Source: Limnochordia bacterium
GTDB lineage: Bacteria > Bacillota > Limnochordia > DTU080
Direction of reading: 5' to 3'
Assembly (NCBI GenBank): GCA_050951545.1
Contig: JBMNJG010000004.1
Coordinates: forward strand, 256,001-320,000
Length of the DNA stretch: 64,000 bases
Shown here: in pieces, positions 40,734-50,034 of the stretch
How positions within the stretch are numbered: the stretch's first letter is position 1
How the letters are laid out: every line of letters begins with the position of its first letter
Made by a program: the position numbers and the translations under genes
Notes under the pieces: generated by a model
Databases searched by the model: none
Told to the model about the DNA's origin: nothing
The model's input: only the letters and a program-made list of their open reading frames with translations

Positions 40734-40762
40734 TTTACAAATGATGGAAGATCTTCCATAAT
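40734..40762 (+). promoter_or_regulatory. Sigma-A-like promoter with embedded 16-bp palindrome for the peptide gene
   Basis: TTTACA-17-CATAAT; ATGGAAGATCTTCCAT at 40744-40759. Confidence 0.6.
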
Positions 40763-40838
40763 AATCAGTGATGGCAAGGCTTTCGTGTGCGACCGGGGGG
40801 CTCGCGAAAGCACGCCGACCACAAGGGAGGGACTGACC

Positions 40839-41147
40839 ATGAAACGATCGATGGTAGTGCTGGCCCTAATGGTGGCGTTGGTGTTCTCCGGCGCTGCTTC
40901 TGCTTGGGCTGGCAATGGTTATTCAGGGGGACAGTCAGCAGGCCATGGGGCCTCTGCCACCAATGGCCCCATGTTGCCCGGTGGCAGTTGGAATTGTGAG
41001 GGACAACCGGGAGATTCAGCGGAGATCGCGACTTGTGGCCCCATGTTGCCCGGTGGCAGCTGGGATCTAGAGGGACAACCGGGGGATTCGGCGGTCATCG
41101 CGACTTGTGGCCCCATGTTGCCCGGTGGCAGTTGGAACATGGAGTAG
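40839..41147 (+). CDS. Secreted 102-aa peptide precursor with three GPMLPGGSW repeats
   Basis: GGGAGG RBS; Sec signal MKRSMVVLALMVALVFSGAASAWA; 24-aa periodic repeats. Confidence 0.85.
   Translation: MKRSMVVLALMVALVFSGAASAWAGNGYSGGQSAGHGASATNGPMLPGGSWNCEGQPGDSAEIATCGPMLPGGSWDLEGQPGDSAVIATCGPMLPGGSWNME
40965..41144 (+). repeat. 72-bp in-frame tandem repeat (2.5 copies)
   Basis: GGCCCCATGTTGCCCGGTGGCAG at 40965, 41037, 41109. Confidence 0.95.
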
Positions 41148-41159
41148 TCGAGCGATAAG

Positions 41160-41861
41160 TCAGCTTCTCTCAGAGCCCGCTTTGGCGGGCTCTGGCGCGT
41201 CTGGCGTCTGCAATCCGGTAGGGCAATAGGCTCGCAGAGCACAGCTTGTGCAGGCAGGGCGGCGCGCCTTGCACACCTGACGGCCGTGATGGATCAAGCG
41301 GTGGTGTGTCTGTGACCACGTGTCCTCGGGCAGGATCTGCATGAGAATGCGTTCTGTCTGTTCTGGAGAGTGGGTCACCGCCAGAGCGAGACGACGGGCT
41401 ACCCGAAAGACATGTGTATCGACGGCCAAGGCGGGGACACAGAAAGCGTTGCTGAGTACGACATTGGCCGTCTTACGCCCGACGCCCGGCAACGCTTGCA
41501 GCGCAGCTCGATCACTGGGTACCTGCCCCTGGTGTTTCTCTACGATCATGCGTGCTGCTTGAACGATGCTACGGGCCTTGTTGCGATACAGCCCTAGTTC
41601 TCTTATCCAAGGCTCCAGCTGTTCGGGTTCAAGTGCAGCTATGGCCTCTGATGTAGCATACTCCTGAAATAGTCGCTTCGTAACCATGTTGACGCGCTTA
41701 TCGGTGCTCTGAGCTGACAGAATAGTGGCGACAAGCAGCTGGAAGGGGTCGTCATAGACCAACTCGCAGCCAACGTGTGGGTACAGCACCTCGAGCGTAG
41801 CCAAGATGGCACCTATCCGGTTTCTTTCGTCTGGCCCAAGTGTGATGGTCTGCTGTGACAA
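41160..41861 (-). CDS. nth: Endonuclease III
   Basis: LLVATILSAQSTD, LPGVGRKTANVV, AVDTHV, C-x6-C-x2-C-x5-C. Confidence 0.96.
   Translation of the reverse strand: MSQQTITLGPDERNRIGAILATLEVLYPHVGCELVYDDPFQLLVATILSAQSTDKRVNMVTKRLFQEYATSEAIAALEPEQLEPWIRELGLYRNKARSIVQAARMIVEKHQGQVPSDRAALQALPGVGRKTANVVLSNAFCVPALAVDTHVFRVARRLALAVTHSPEQTERILMQILPEDTWSQTHHRLIHHGRQVCKARRPACTSCALRAYCPTGLQTPDAPEPAKAGSERS
41171..41194. terminator. Hairpin after the peptide gene (overlaps nth 3' end)
   Basis: CAGAGCCCGC-TTTG-GCGGGCTCTG. Confidence 0.55.
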
Positions 41862-41985
41862 GAAACACCGCCTCCGCTTTCTATCATAAGTCCTTCACAA
41901 GGGTTCCACGTTGACGCCTGGAATACCTATGGGGCGCACTCATGTCAATGCCGCAGCGTAGAGGGATTTTCAGAGGAGCTGCTGT

Positions 41986-42927
41986 ATGCGCGACACGCAA
42001 GTAAAGTCTGGGATTCTGGTCATCGGTAGTCTAAATGCGGATCTCGTGGTGCGTGTAGATCAGCTGCCCCGTCGGGGAGAGACTCTCATGGGGAACAACT
42101 TCGCGCGTTTTTCAGGAGGAAAAGGGGCCAATCAGGCGGTGGCGGCGGCCCGATTGGGTGCTCTCACGTATATGCTCGGACGAGTGGGGACGGATCTCTT
42201 TGGCGAAGAGCAGTTACGCAGCTTGGCGCAGAGCGGTGTAGATACCAGGGCAGTGATCCGTGACGACCAGGGCTCAACCGGAGTAGCTATTATCGCAGTA
42301 GAGGAGGGGACAGGCCACAATAGCATCATCGTAGTGCCAGGGGTCAATGCACACTGTGATGCGTCTGATATCTACACACACCAGAGACTCGTCCGCCAGG
42401 TACGCGTCATGCTGACCCAACTCGAGATACCGCTCTCGGTCGTAGAGGTTGCAGCGGAATTGGCACGTCGGGAAGAGGCGCTCTTCATTTTGGACCCAGC
42501 GCCAGCCACCCCTCTTCCAGCGTCGTTGCTCGCAAAGATCGGAGTGATCACTCCGAATGAACATGAGGCAGAGAGCCTATCCGGGGTCTCAGTGAGAGAC
42601 CAAGCAGGGGCACGAGCGGCAGCAGTCGCCTTGAGGGCTCAGGGCGTGTCCGCAGTCGTGATTACCTTGGGCGACAGAGGCGTCTTTGGTATGAATGACG
42701 AAGAGGAGTTTGTCATCGCGGCTTATGACGTGCAGGCCGTAGATAGCGTGGCTGCTGGCGATGCGTTTAGCGGAGCATTGGCAGTAGCGTTGGCTGAAGG
42801 CTGCTCTTTGCGACAGAGTGCCGAATTCGCCAACGCAGCGGCTGGGCTCAGCGTGACCCGCCACGGAGCCCAGCCGTCAATGCCTACTCGTCAAGAGGTG
42901 GAGGCCTTTGTGCAAGCCAACAGGTGA
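41986..42927 (+). CDS. rbsK: Ribokinase
   Basis: GSLNADL, GGKGANQA, QLEIP, TPNEHE, DSVAAGDAF. Confidence 0.92.
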   Translation: MRDTQVKSGILVIGSLNADLVVRVDQLPRRGETLMGNNFARFSGGKGANQAVAAARLGALTYMLGRVGTDLFGEEQLRSLAQSGVDTRAVIRDDQGSTGVAIIAVEEGTGHNSIIVVPGVNAHCDASDIYTHQRLVRQVRVMLTQLEIPLSVVEVAAELARREEALFILDPAPATPLPASLLAKIGVITPNEHEAESLSGVSVRDQAGARAAAVALRAQGVSAVVITLGDRGVFGMNDEEEFVIAAYDVQAVDSVAAGDAFSGALAVALAEGCSLRQSAEFANAAAGLSVTRHGAQPSMPTRQEVEAFVQANR

Positions 42928-43567
42928 TCGTGACAACAAACCCGCTGAGTACTTAAGTGTGGCTAAAAAGTGTAGCTCTGAGCTCGTCATTCGCAAGTCG
43001 CGCTTTATCGCACATGTCTTTCCGGTGCAGAATGAAGCGGAGATGACTGCGGCTTTGCGCTCTGTACAAGCAACGTACGCGGATGCATCGCATATCTGCT
43101 ATGCGTTTCGGTACGGCTTGTCTGCAGAAGTGGTCCGTTTCCATGATGCGGGTGAGCCTGGTGGCACGGCTGGGCGCCCGATTCTCGAAGTGATCGAACG
43201 CGAAGGCCTGCGCAATACGCTTGTGAGCGTCACTCGCTATTTCGGAGGCACACTGCTAGGGGCCGCTGGTTTGGTGCGTGCCTACAGCGCGAGCGCAGCG
43301 ACGGCCGTCGCTGCAGCTGGAAAGGCCACCTACAGGCTTCATCAGGAATATGAGATGCATGTGGATTACCCGACATGGAGCCGGGTGGAGCGAGTCTTTG
43401 CTGAGATAGGTGTCCGAGTGGCCCACACGGAGTATGGGGCTGATGTGTTTGTGCGAATCCACGTCCCAACGACTCATGTAGAAAAGCTATATGGCCTCCT
43501 GCGAGATGCCTCAGCAGGCTCTTTCTCCTGGCATCTCGCAGGAGAGAACTATTATCCTGTGCAGTAG
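42908..43567 (+). CDS. yigZ: YigZ/IMPACT family protein
   Basis: IRKSRFIA, DAGEPGGTAGRP, VTRYFGG.LLGAAGLVRAY; start uncertain. Confidence 0.9.
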   Translation: MCKPTGDRDNKPAEYLSVAKKCSSELVIRKSRFIAHVFPVQNEAEMTAALRSVQATYADASHICYAFRYGLSAEVVRFHDAGEPGGTAGRPILEVIEREGLRNTLVSVTRYFGGTLLGAAGLVRAYSASAATAVAAAGKATYRLHQEYEMHVDYPTWSRVERVFAEIGVRVAHTEYGADVFVRIHVPTTHVEKLYGLLRDASAGSFSWHLAGENYYPVQ

Positions 43568-43574
43568 CCATCGG

Positions 43575-44159
43575 TCAATACTCGGGCTTGGGCAGACGCA
43601 AGAGCATTCCAGCGCGCAGACTAGCCACCGTACTTAGTTGGTTTAGGGCTACCAGCTCCTCCGGACTGCTCTGACTGAGCGCCGCAATAGCCTCAATTGT
43701 ATCGCCCTCACGGACCCGGTACTCAGGCGGGGCGGGAATGTTGAGCAGCTGTCCAATCTGAATGATGTCGTTACGCAGGTTGTTAAGAAGCCTGATCTCG
43801 TCAGTGGTCACCGCGTATTGTCGAGCGAGGCTGCCTATCGTGTCTCCCTTTACCACGCTATGCTGGATGATGCCCCAGCGGGCAACAACCCGCGCAGCAG
43901 TTTCTATGCCAACGAGACCGTCCGCCTGTATTCCCTTTGATCTCTGGAACGCCATGACCGCGTTTTTCGTGTCCGGTCCGTACCGACCATCGGCCACTAC
44001 ATCGTATCCCATGTCTCGCAGGCGCATCTGGAGTTCAAAGACATCGGCCCCCCACAGGCCTGGGCCCAAGACACGCTGTCCGATACGGGCCGCTGAGCAC
44101 GTGCCAACAGCGACAGCAAACGCAAGGCACACAAGCAAGGTCGAACGGCAACACGACAA
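43575..44159 (-). CDS. Exported peptidoglycan-binding protein (PG_binding_1 + 2 LysM)
   Basis: Signal peptide; DGRYGPDTKNAVMAFQ...DGLVG; two V..GDT LysM motifs. Confidence 0.85.
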   Translation of the reverse strand: MSCCRSTLLVCLAFAVAVGTCSAARIGQRVLGPGLWGADVFELQMRLRDMGYDVVADGRYGPDTKNAVMAFQRSKGIQADGLVGIETAARVVARWGIIQHSVVKGDTIGSLARQYAVTTDEIRLLNNLRNDIIQIGQLLNIPAPPEYRVREGDTIEAIAALSQSSPEELVALNQLSTVASLRAGMLLRLPKPEY

Positions 44160-44291
44160 AGTGTGCGCACGCAGAGTGCGAGATAGAAACAGGAGTTGTT
44201 CCGCCTTTCACAGTGAAGAATCTTGGCTTGTAGGCCTTGCCTAATATGACCATTTTACGAAAAAACATGCATCCCGCAGGTTGGAACTACG

Positions 44292-45392
44292 TCACCAATC
44301 AGGCGGTCTGAGGCTCTTGGGAATGGACTTGCGTACGGAGGCTGGAGCTCCTGGCCCATATTTTCCGTAAAACCATTGGATCTCTTCTGCGGTTATTCTC
44401 TTGAAACCACCTCGCCTTCCCATCCATGTCAGGGCAGCCATCATCAGAGTAATGATGACTGCGGTGGTAATGATCAGGGCCCGGCCAGAGTAATCATGGA
44501 TGATGACGCGACGCGGCTTGTAGGAAGGGCTGGCGAACATCTCCGTGCGCGCCCGTCTAAGCTCTGCCACGGATCGAGCCGCAGCTACAGCACTCGTCAG
44601 ACGGGCTGGCTCCTTCGGGCCAATGATGGGACTGCCAGCGGGGTCGCAAAGACGCACGCGATGTACTCCGGGAAGCTGCATAGCTAGACTCTGAATCCTA
44701 TCGGCCAAGCGCGGTTCGATATCGGCGACCACTTCCAGTAAACCGTCTTTATGGGCGCGCACCTCGGTAATCGCCTCTTGAGGCAGAGCCAAGCTACGGG
44801 CCAGCCATAGGCGCGCTGTGGCCGCTACCAGCTCCTCCCATTCCGGATGACCGATGAGAAGTAACAGACGATCATGCAGAAACTGCCAAAGGAGAACTAT
44901 CGCAGGACCAGAGAGAACCGCCAGCAGAGGACTACCTCGTAGCAGGATCCAGGAGCCACTTGCGAAAGCCAAAGAGACGAAGCCCATGTAACCAGCAGTA
45001 CACGCGAGCAGGTGAAAAGGGCGGATCCTCAGATAAGGTGGTAGCCAGCGCCCGCTCTCTGCGAGATCCATTTTCCGCACCATGCCGTAGGTGGCACCTA
45101 GAGCACCCATCATCCAGGGCCACAGCCAGGGTACAGCAGAGCGTCGCCAGGGCGCGTCTACTGCACAATTGGGATAGGGGCTGTTCTCTGGAAGATGCCC
45201 CTGAACTGCCGCAGGCTCGAGAATGCACGAGCCATACAGCAACAGGATGGGCAGAAACACTGTCATGGTCACACCAACTAGGAAGCCAGCCAACACGACG
45301 ATCCAAGGGAGCGTCTGGATTACAGCTCCGTCTCGCACGGCGGCATCCAGGTCGACACGTGTACATCTCTTCGAAAAGATGGAGAACATCAT
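44292..45392 (-). CDS. Hypothetical multi-pass membrane protein
   Basis: 366-aa ORF with several hydrophobic segments; no recognised motif. Confidence 0.5.
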   Translation of the reverse strand: MMFSIFSKRCTRVDLDAAVRDGAVIQTLPWIVVLAGFLVGVTMTVFLPILLLYGSCILEPAAVQGHLPENSPYPNCAVDAPWRRSAVPWLWPWMMGALGATYGMVRKMDLAESGRWLPPYLRIRPFHLLACTAGYMGFVSLAFASGSWILLRGSPLLAVLSGPAIVLLWQFLHDRLLLLIGHPEWEELVAATARLWLARSLALPQEAITEVRAHKDGLLEVVADIEPRLADRIQSLAMQLPGVHRVRLCDPAGSPIIGPKEPARLTSAVAAARSVAELRRARTEMFASPSYKPRRVIIHDYSGRALIITTAVIITLMMAALTWMGRRGGFKRITAEEIQWFYGKYGPGAPASVRKSIPKSLRPPDW

Positions 45393-45493
45393 GTTTCGCC
45401 CTTATCTGCTTAGGGTCTTCTAGTTCAGATACTTCCTGGGATCGTGGCGAAATCCTTTTCTATGCTGCATCGTGGACATGAGTTGAGCTGAGC

Positions 45494-45522
45494 TTGACCC
45501 ATCTGAGGGCTACGCATATACT
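45494..45522 (+). promoter_or_regulatory. Sigma-A promoter upstream of lon
   Basis: TTGACC-17-TATACT. Confidence 0.6.
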
Positions 45523-45580
45523 CTCTGTAGCGTAGCCGGAGGCGCGTCGTATCGCTTCTCCAGGTAGACTGCGGGGGGAC

Positions 45581-48046
45581 TTGCAGGTGGCAGAGCTAGA
45601 GAAAAGACTTGGACAATCAGAGACGCCAAAGGAGCATCCGGAACTGGAGCCAAGCATGCCCATAGTTCCTTTGCCCGGAATGGTTCTCTTGCCTCATATG
45701 ATGGCCGCGATCAGAGTATCTGATGCACGTACCCTTGCGGCCGTGAGATCTGCCAATGCGGGAGAGAAGCTCTTGCTGATCGTCCCGGGCCCAGGGTCAG
45801 ATGGAGAAGAGGATGCTGACGAAGAATCACCCGAAGCGATCTACGACAATGACGGAAAGCCTATGCTGATAGGCAGCATTGGTGTCATGGTTAGAATAGA
45901 GCAGATAACGGAAAGTGAAGACGACGAGTGGCAAGTAGCGTTGCGAGCCCTTCAGCGTATGCTCATTCTGGATATCGAGAACACCACAGAGTATGCGATC
46001 GCTCGCTGTCGCCTGTGCCCGGAGCCAGAGCTTGACGAACTCACTGATCCCGAGCTACCACAGCTTATGGAGAAAGCTCTGATCATGGTAGAGCATCTCG
46101 TAGACTTGGTGCCAGGTCTACCTGCGGGGGTTTTGGAGTACGTTCGGAAGCTTGACCACCCGGGACATCTTGCGGATCAAACGGGATACTTCCCCGAGTA
46201 TGAGTTTGAGGAGCGCCTTCAAATACTCTCAGAGCTCGATCCCGTGCAACGGCTCGAGAAAACAGTAGTCATTCTAAAAAAGCACGTGGGCAAGATGCAG
46301 CTACGAGCAGAGATCCTGGCCGAGGTCAAGGACGAGATCGACGCCAATCAGCGAGAGATCTTCTTGCGTGAGCAGTTGCGGGTGATCAAACGAGAACTCG
46401 GTGAAGATGATACTGATTCGTGGTTGCTTGACTTGCGACACCGCTTGGAGCAGGCGGATCCCCCGCCCGAGGTGATGCGCAAAGCCAAGCGCGAATCCGA
46501 TCGACTTAGTCGCCTAGGACCGCACGTACCTGAGACTGCGGTCATCCAAAACTACCTGGAGTGGCTTGCTGGTCTTCCTTGGTCAACCGAGACGACGGAC
46601 AGCATTGACTTGGTGCAGGCAGCTACTGTCTTAGACGAGGACCACCACGGACTGGATCGCGTCAAAGAGCGTATCCTCGAGTATCTAGCGGTAAGGAAGC
46701 TAGCTGGAGACAAACTCAAGACACCCATCCTGTGCTTTGTCGGTCCACCAGGTGTAGGTAAGACGAGCCTGGGTAAGTCCATCGCCCGAGTGATGGGGCG
46801 CCGTTTCGTGCGCATTTCGTTGGGCGGTATGCACGACGAAGCCGAGATTCGGGGACATCGGCGCACGTATGTCGGAGCCATGCCTGGTCGCATCGTACAA
46901 GGAATGCGTGATGTCGGCGCGCGGAACCCGGTTTTCATGCTTGATGAGATAGACAAGGTAGGGCGAGATTTCCGCGGTGATCCGGCGGCAGCTCTGCTAG
47001 AGGCTCTGGATCCTGAGCAGAACCATGCTTTCACTGACCACTATCTTGAGGTCCCGTTTGATCTCTCGCATACGATGTTTGTCACCACTGCGAACACCTT
47101 GGATACCATCCCCCCGGCTTTACGGGATCGCATGGAGGTCATCTCCATTTCTGGTTATGCAGAGGATGAGAAGCTGGCGATCGCTCGCGAATTCCTGCTA
47201 CCAAAACAGATCGCATCGCATGGCCTGCGCCCCGAGCAGGTGGTGGTCCGAGACGACGCGCTCTTGTCACTGATACGTGAGTACACGCATGAGGCTGGGG
47301 TGCGCGGCCTGGAGCGAAGCATTGCAGCGATTGCGCGCAAGCTGGCTCGCAAAGTCGTGGAAAACAAGATGCCCCGATCCGGCAAATTCACGGTACGGGC
47401 TAAGGACTTACCAGAGCATCTGGGCCCCCAAGTATACGAGTTCGGCCTGCGAGAAGCCAGCGATCAGGTGGGCGTGGCCACTGGTGTTGCCGTCACCGAG
47501 TCAGGTGGTGAGGTGTTACCCGTGGAGGTCTCTGTTCTAGAAGGCAAGGGCGAGCTACTGCTTACCGGGCAACTCGGTGATGTGATGAAGGAGTCAGCAC
47601 AGGCGGCCCTCACCTATGCCCGTTCTCGCCTCACTGATCTGGGCCTAAGTAGCAACGCCTTTGACAAGCGCGATGTACATATCCATGTTCCCGCTGGTGC
47701 TATCCCCAAAGACGGCCCTTCAGCGGGCATTGCATTGGCTACCGCCTTGCTGTCAGCCGTATCGGGCAGGGCCGTACGGCGGGAAGTAGCGATGACCGGG
47801 GAGATCACTCTGCGGGGCCGAGTGCTACCCATAGGTGGGCTCAAAGAGAAGGTGCTAGCAGCGAAGGCTGCAGGCATCACGGAGTTCGTCTTGCCAGCGC
47901 GCAACCGGAAGGATCTACCAGAGCTATCGCCTATTGCTCGCAAGAACATTAGGCTAATCGCGGTGGAGCATATGGATGAGGTATTGAGCGTGGCGCTTAC
48001 TCCGCAAGATGGAGGCCAGTCGGATGTCGCTGGAACCGCCATATGA
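45581..48046 (+). CDS. lon: ATP-dependent Lon protease
   Basis: GPPGVGKTS, RGHRRTYVGAMPG, LDEIDK, PKDGPSAG, GGLKEK. Confidence 0.97.
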   Translation: MQVAELEKRLGQSETPKEHPELEPSMPIVPLPGMVLLPHMMAAIRVSDARTLAAVRSANAGEKLLLIVPGPGSDGEEDADEESPEAIYDNDGKPMLIGSIGVMVRIEQITESEDDEWQVALRALQRMLILDIENTTEYAIARCRLCPEPELDELTDPELPQLMEKALIMVEHLVDLVPGLPAGVLEYVRKLDHPGHLADQTGYFPEYEFEERLQILSELDPVQRLEKTVVILKKHVGKMQLRAEILAEVKDEIDANQREIFLREQLRVIKRELGEDDTDSWLLDLRHRLEQADPPPEVMRKAKRESDRLSRLGPHVPETAVIQNYLEWLAGLPWSTETTDSIDLVQAATVLDEDHHGLDRVKERILEYLAVRKLAGDKLKTPILCFVGPPGVGKTSLGKSIARVMGRRFVRISLGGMHDEAEIRGHRRTYVGAMPGRIVQGMRDVGARNPVFMLDEIDKVGRDFRGDPAAALLEALDPEQNHAFTDHYLEVPFDLSHTMFVTTANTLDTIPPALRDRMEVISISGYAEDEKLAIAREFLLPKQIASHGLRPEQVVVRDDALLSLIREYTHEAGVRGLERSIAAIARKLARKVVENKMPRSGKFTVRAKDLPEHLGPQVYEFGLREASDQVGVATGVAVTESGGEVLPVEVSVLEGKGELLLTGQLGDVMKESAQAALTYARSRLTDLGLSSNAFDKRDVHIHVPAGAIPKDGPSAGIALATALLSAVSGRAVRREVAMTGEITLRGRVLPIGGLKEKVLAAKAAGITEFVLPARNRKDLPELSPIARKNIRLIAVEHMDEVLSVALTPQDGGQSDVAGTAI

Positions 48047-48102
48047 CAACTGTCAAGCGATTCCCCTTGACACAGCACACACCTACTGCTAGTCTATTGA
48101 CT

Positions 48103-49929
48103 ATGGAGCTACGAAATATCGCCATTATTGCTCATGTGGATCACGGCAAGACAACCCTGGTCGACGCCATTCTCAAGCAAACCGGGGTATTTCGCGCGGG
48201 CGAGACGGTAGAATCTCGCGTTCTAGATTCCGACGCCCTAGAGCGAGAGCGCGGCATAACCATTCTAGCCAAGAACACCGGGGTCTTTCATCGTGGAGTG
48301 AAGCTGAATATCGTGGATACTCCGGGGCACGTGGATTTCGGCGGCGAAGTGCAGCGCGTCTTGGGTATGGTGGATGGCGCGTTGCTCGTGGTGGACGCAG
48401 CCGAAGGGCCATTGCCTCAGACGCGCTATGTACTGCAAAACGCCCTGGAACAGCGTCTGCGTTTGGTTCTGATGATCAACAAGATTGATCGCCAAGACGC
48501 TCGAGCTGAGAGTGTACTGGATGCAGTTCTCGATCTATTCATCGCTTTGGGAGCTGACGAGGACCAGCTGGAGTTTCCGGTGATATATGGCTCTGCCAGA
48601 GCAGGTGTTGCTCATTCTGATCTACACACTGCACGAGCCAGCCTGGGAACGAATGCGGGTAGCATTCTACCGCTTCTTGACTGCCTGATTGATACCGTGC
48701 CACCTCCGTCAGGGCGAGCTGACCTGCCTCTACAGATGCAGATAGCTATGCTCGACTACGACGAGTATGTGGGACGAGTGGCCATAGGTCGAGTGCTAAA
48801 TGGACTACTTCTGGCGTCCGAGCCTATAGCTGTAGGAAGACCTGGAGAGCAACCGTCCATCGCCAAGCTGTCGAACCTGTTTGCTTTCGAGCGCCTGCAG
48901 CGCGTTCCCATAGACAAAGCAATGGCCGGGGAGATTGTGGCCATTACTGGCATCGACGATATCCGTATTGGCGACACGATCGCCTCGGTCGAGGATCCGG
49001 TGTTTTTGCCCCTCTTGCGCGTTGATGAACCGACGCTGACAGTTGTCTTTCGCGTAAACGATAGCCCTATGGCTGGCCGGGATGGCCCGTACGTAACCTC
49101 CAGGCATCTGCGGGATCGACTGTTCCGCCAAGGGCGGGTTGATCTGGCGTTGCGCGTAGCGGAGACAGGCAGTCCGGATGCTTTTAGGGTATCGGGCCGC
49201 GGGGAATTGCACATTGGCATCCTCATGGAGAACATGCGCCGAGAAGGCTACGAGTTCTCAGTCTCGAAGCCGGAGGCGATCATGCGAGAGATAGGCGGAG
49301 AGCTCTGCGAACCCCTTGAAGACTTGAGTGTGGAGGTGCCGCAGGAGTATTTGGGTGTCGTCATTGAGCATCTTGGTGAGCGCAGGGGCGAGATGGTCAA
49401 TGTGTCACAGCTTCCTAACGGTAATGCCAGACTGGAGTTTGTAGTACCCGCCAGAGGGCTTGTCGGTTTTGCCTCTGAACTACTTACGGCGACCAGAGGC
49501 TACGGCATCATGTACCATTCCTTCCATGGGTATGGTCCATTCAAGGGAGCCATTCCCGGCAGGCAGAACGGTAGCATGGTAGCCTGGGAGGCAGGCGAGG
49601 TAACCGCTTACGCCTTGGAAAATGCCCAAGAACGCGGTGTCCTTTTTGTGTCGCCCGGAGAGAGGGTCTACGAAGGCATGGTCGTCGGAGCCCATGCCCG
49701 GACTCAGGATCTGGATATCAACGTGTGTAAGAAAAAGCATGTGACCAACATGAGAGCTAGCACCTCAGACATCGCGATCAAGCTAGAGCCAGTGAAGAAG
49801 TTTAGCCTCGAACAGGCCCTCTCGTATCTGGGCGATGATGAATGGCTCGAAGTAACGCCGAAGGCGCTTCGCCTGCGCAAGTCTGTGCTCCCTCGCTCCG
49901 CAAGATCCCGGTCACACTCATCCAGTTAA
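48103..49929 (+). CDS. typA: Translational GTPase TypA/BipA
   Basis: [40 protein letters not shown]; ATG at 48103. Confidence 0.96.
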   Translation: MELRNIAIIAHVDHGKTTLVDAILKQTGVFRAGETVESRVLDSDALERERGITILAKNTGVFHRGVKLNIVDTPGHVDFGGEVQRVLGMVDGALLVVDAAEGPLPQTRYVLQNALEQRLRLVLMINKIDRQDARAESVLDAVLDLFIALGADEDQLEFPVIYGSARAGVAHSDLHTARASLGTNAGSILPLLDCLIDTVPPPSGRADLPLQMQIAMLDYDEYVGRVAIGRVLNGLLLASEPIAVGRPGEQPSIAKLSNLFAFERLQRVPIDKAMAGEIVAITGIDDIRIGDTIASVEDPVFLPLLRVDEPTLTVVFRVNDSPMAGRDGPYVTSRHLRDRLFRQGRVDLALRVAETGSPDAFRVSGRGELHIGILMENMRREGYEFSVSKPEAIMREIGGELCEPLEDLSVEVPQEYLGVVIEHLGERRGEMVNVSQLPNGNARLEFVVPARGLVGFASELLTATRGYGIMYHSFHGYGPFKGAIPGRQNGSMVAWEAGEVTAYALENAQERGVLFVSPGERVYEGMVVGAHARTQDLDINVCKKKHVTNMRASTSDIAIKLEPVKKFSLEQALSYLGDDEWLEVTPKALRLRKSVLPRSARSRSHSSS

Positions 49930-50034
49930 CACATCTGGAAGCTCTGCCAGGCAGGAAATTCGTGGTCGATCCCTAAAGCATATCCTTGAAGCGACTATCA
50001 GCGCAAAGAGGATCTGAAAAGGGGAGGATTTCAG

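Noticed and set aside
40839-41147. RiPP or bacteriocin gene cluster
   Set aside because: No modifying enzyme, dedicated exporter or immunity gene is adjacent. A Sec signal and TPR neighbour fit signalling better, although this is not excluded.
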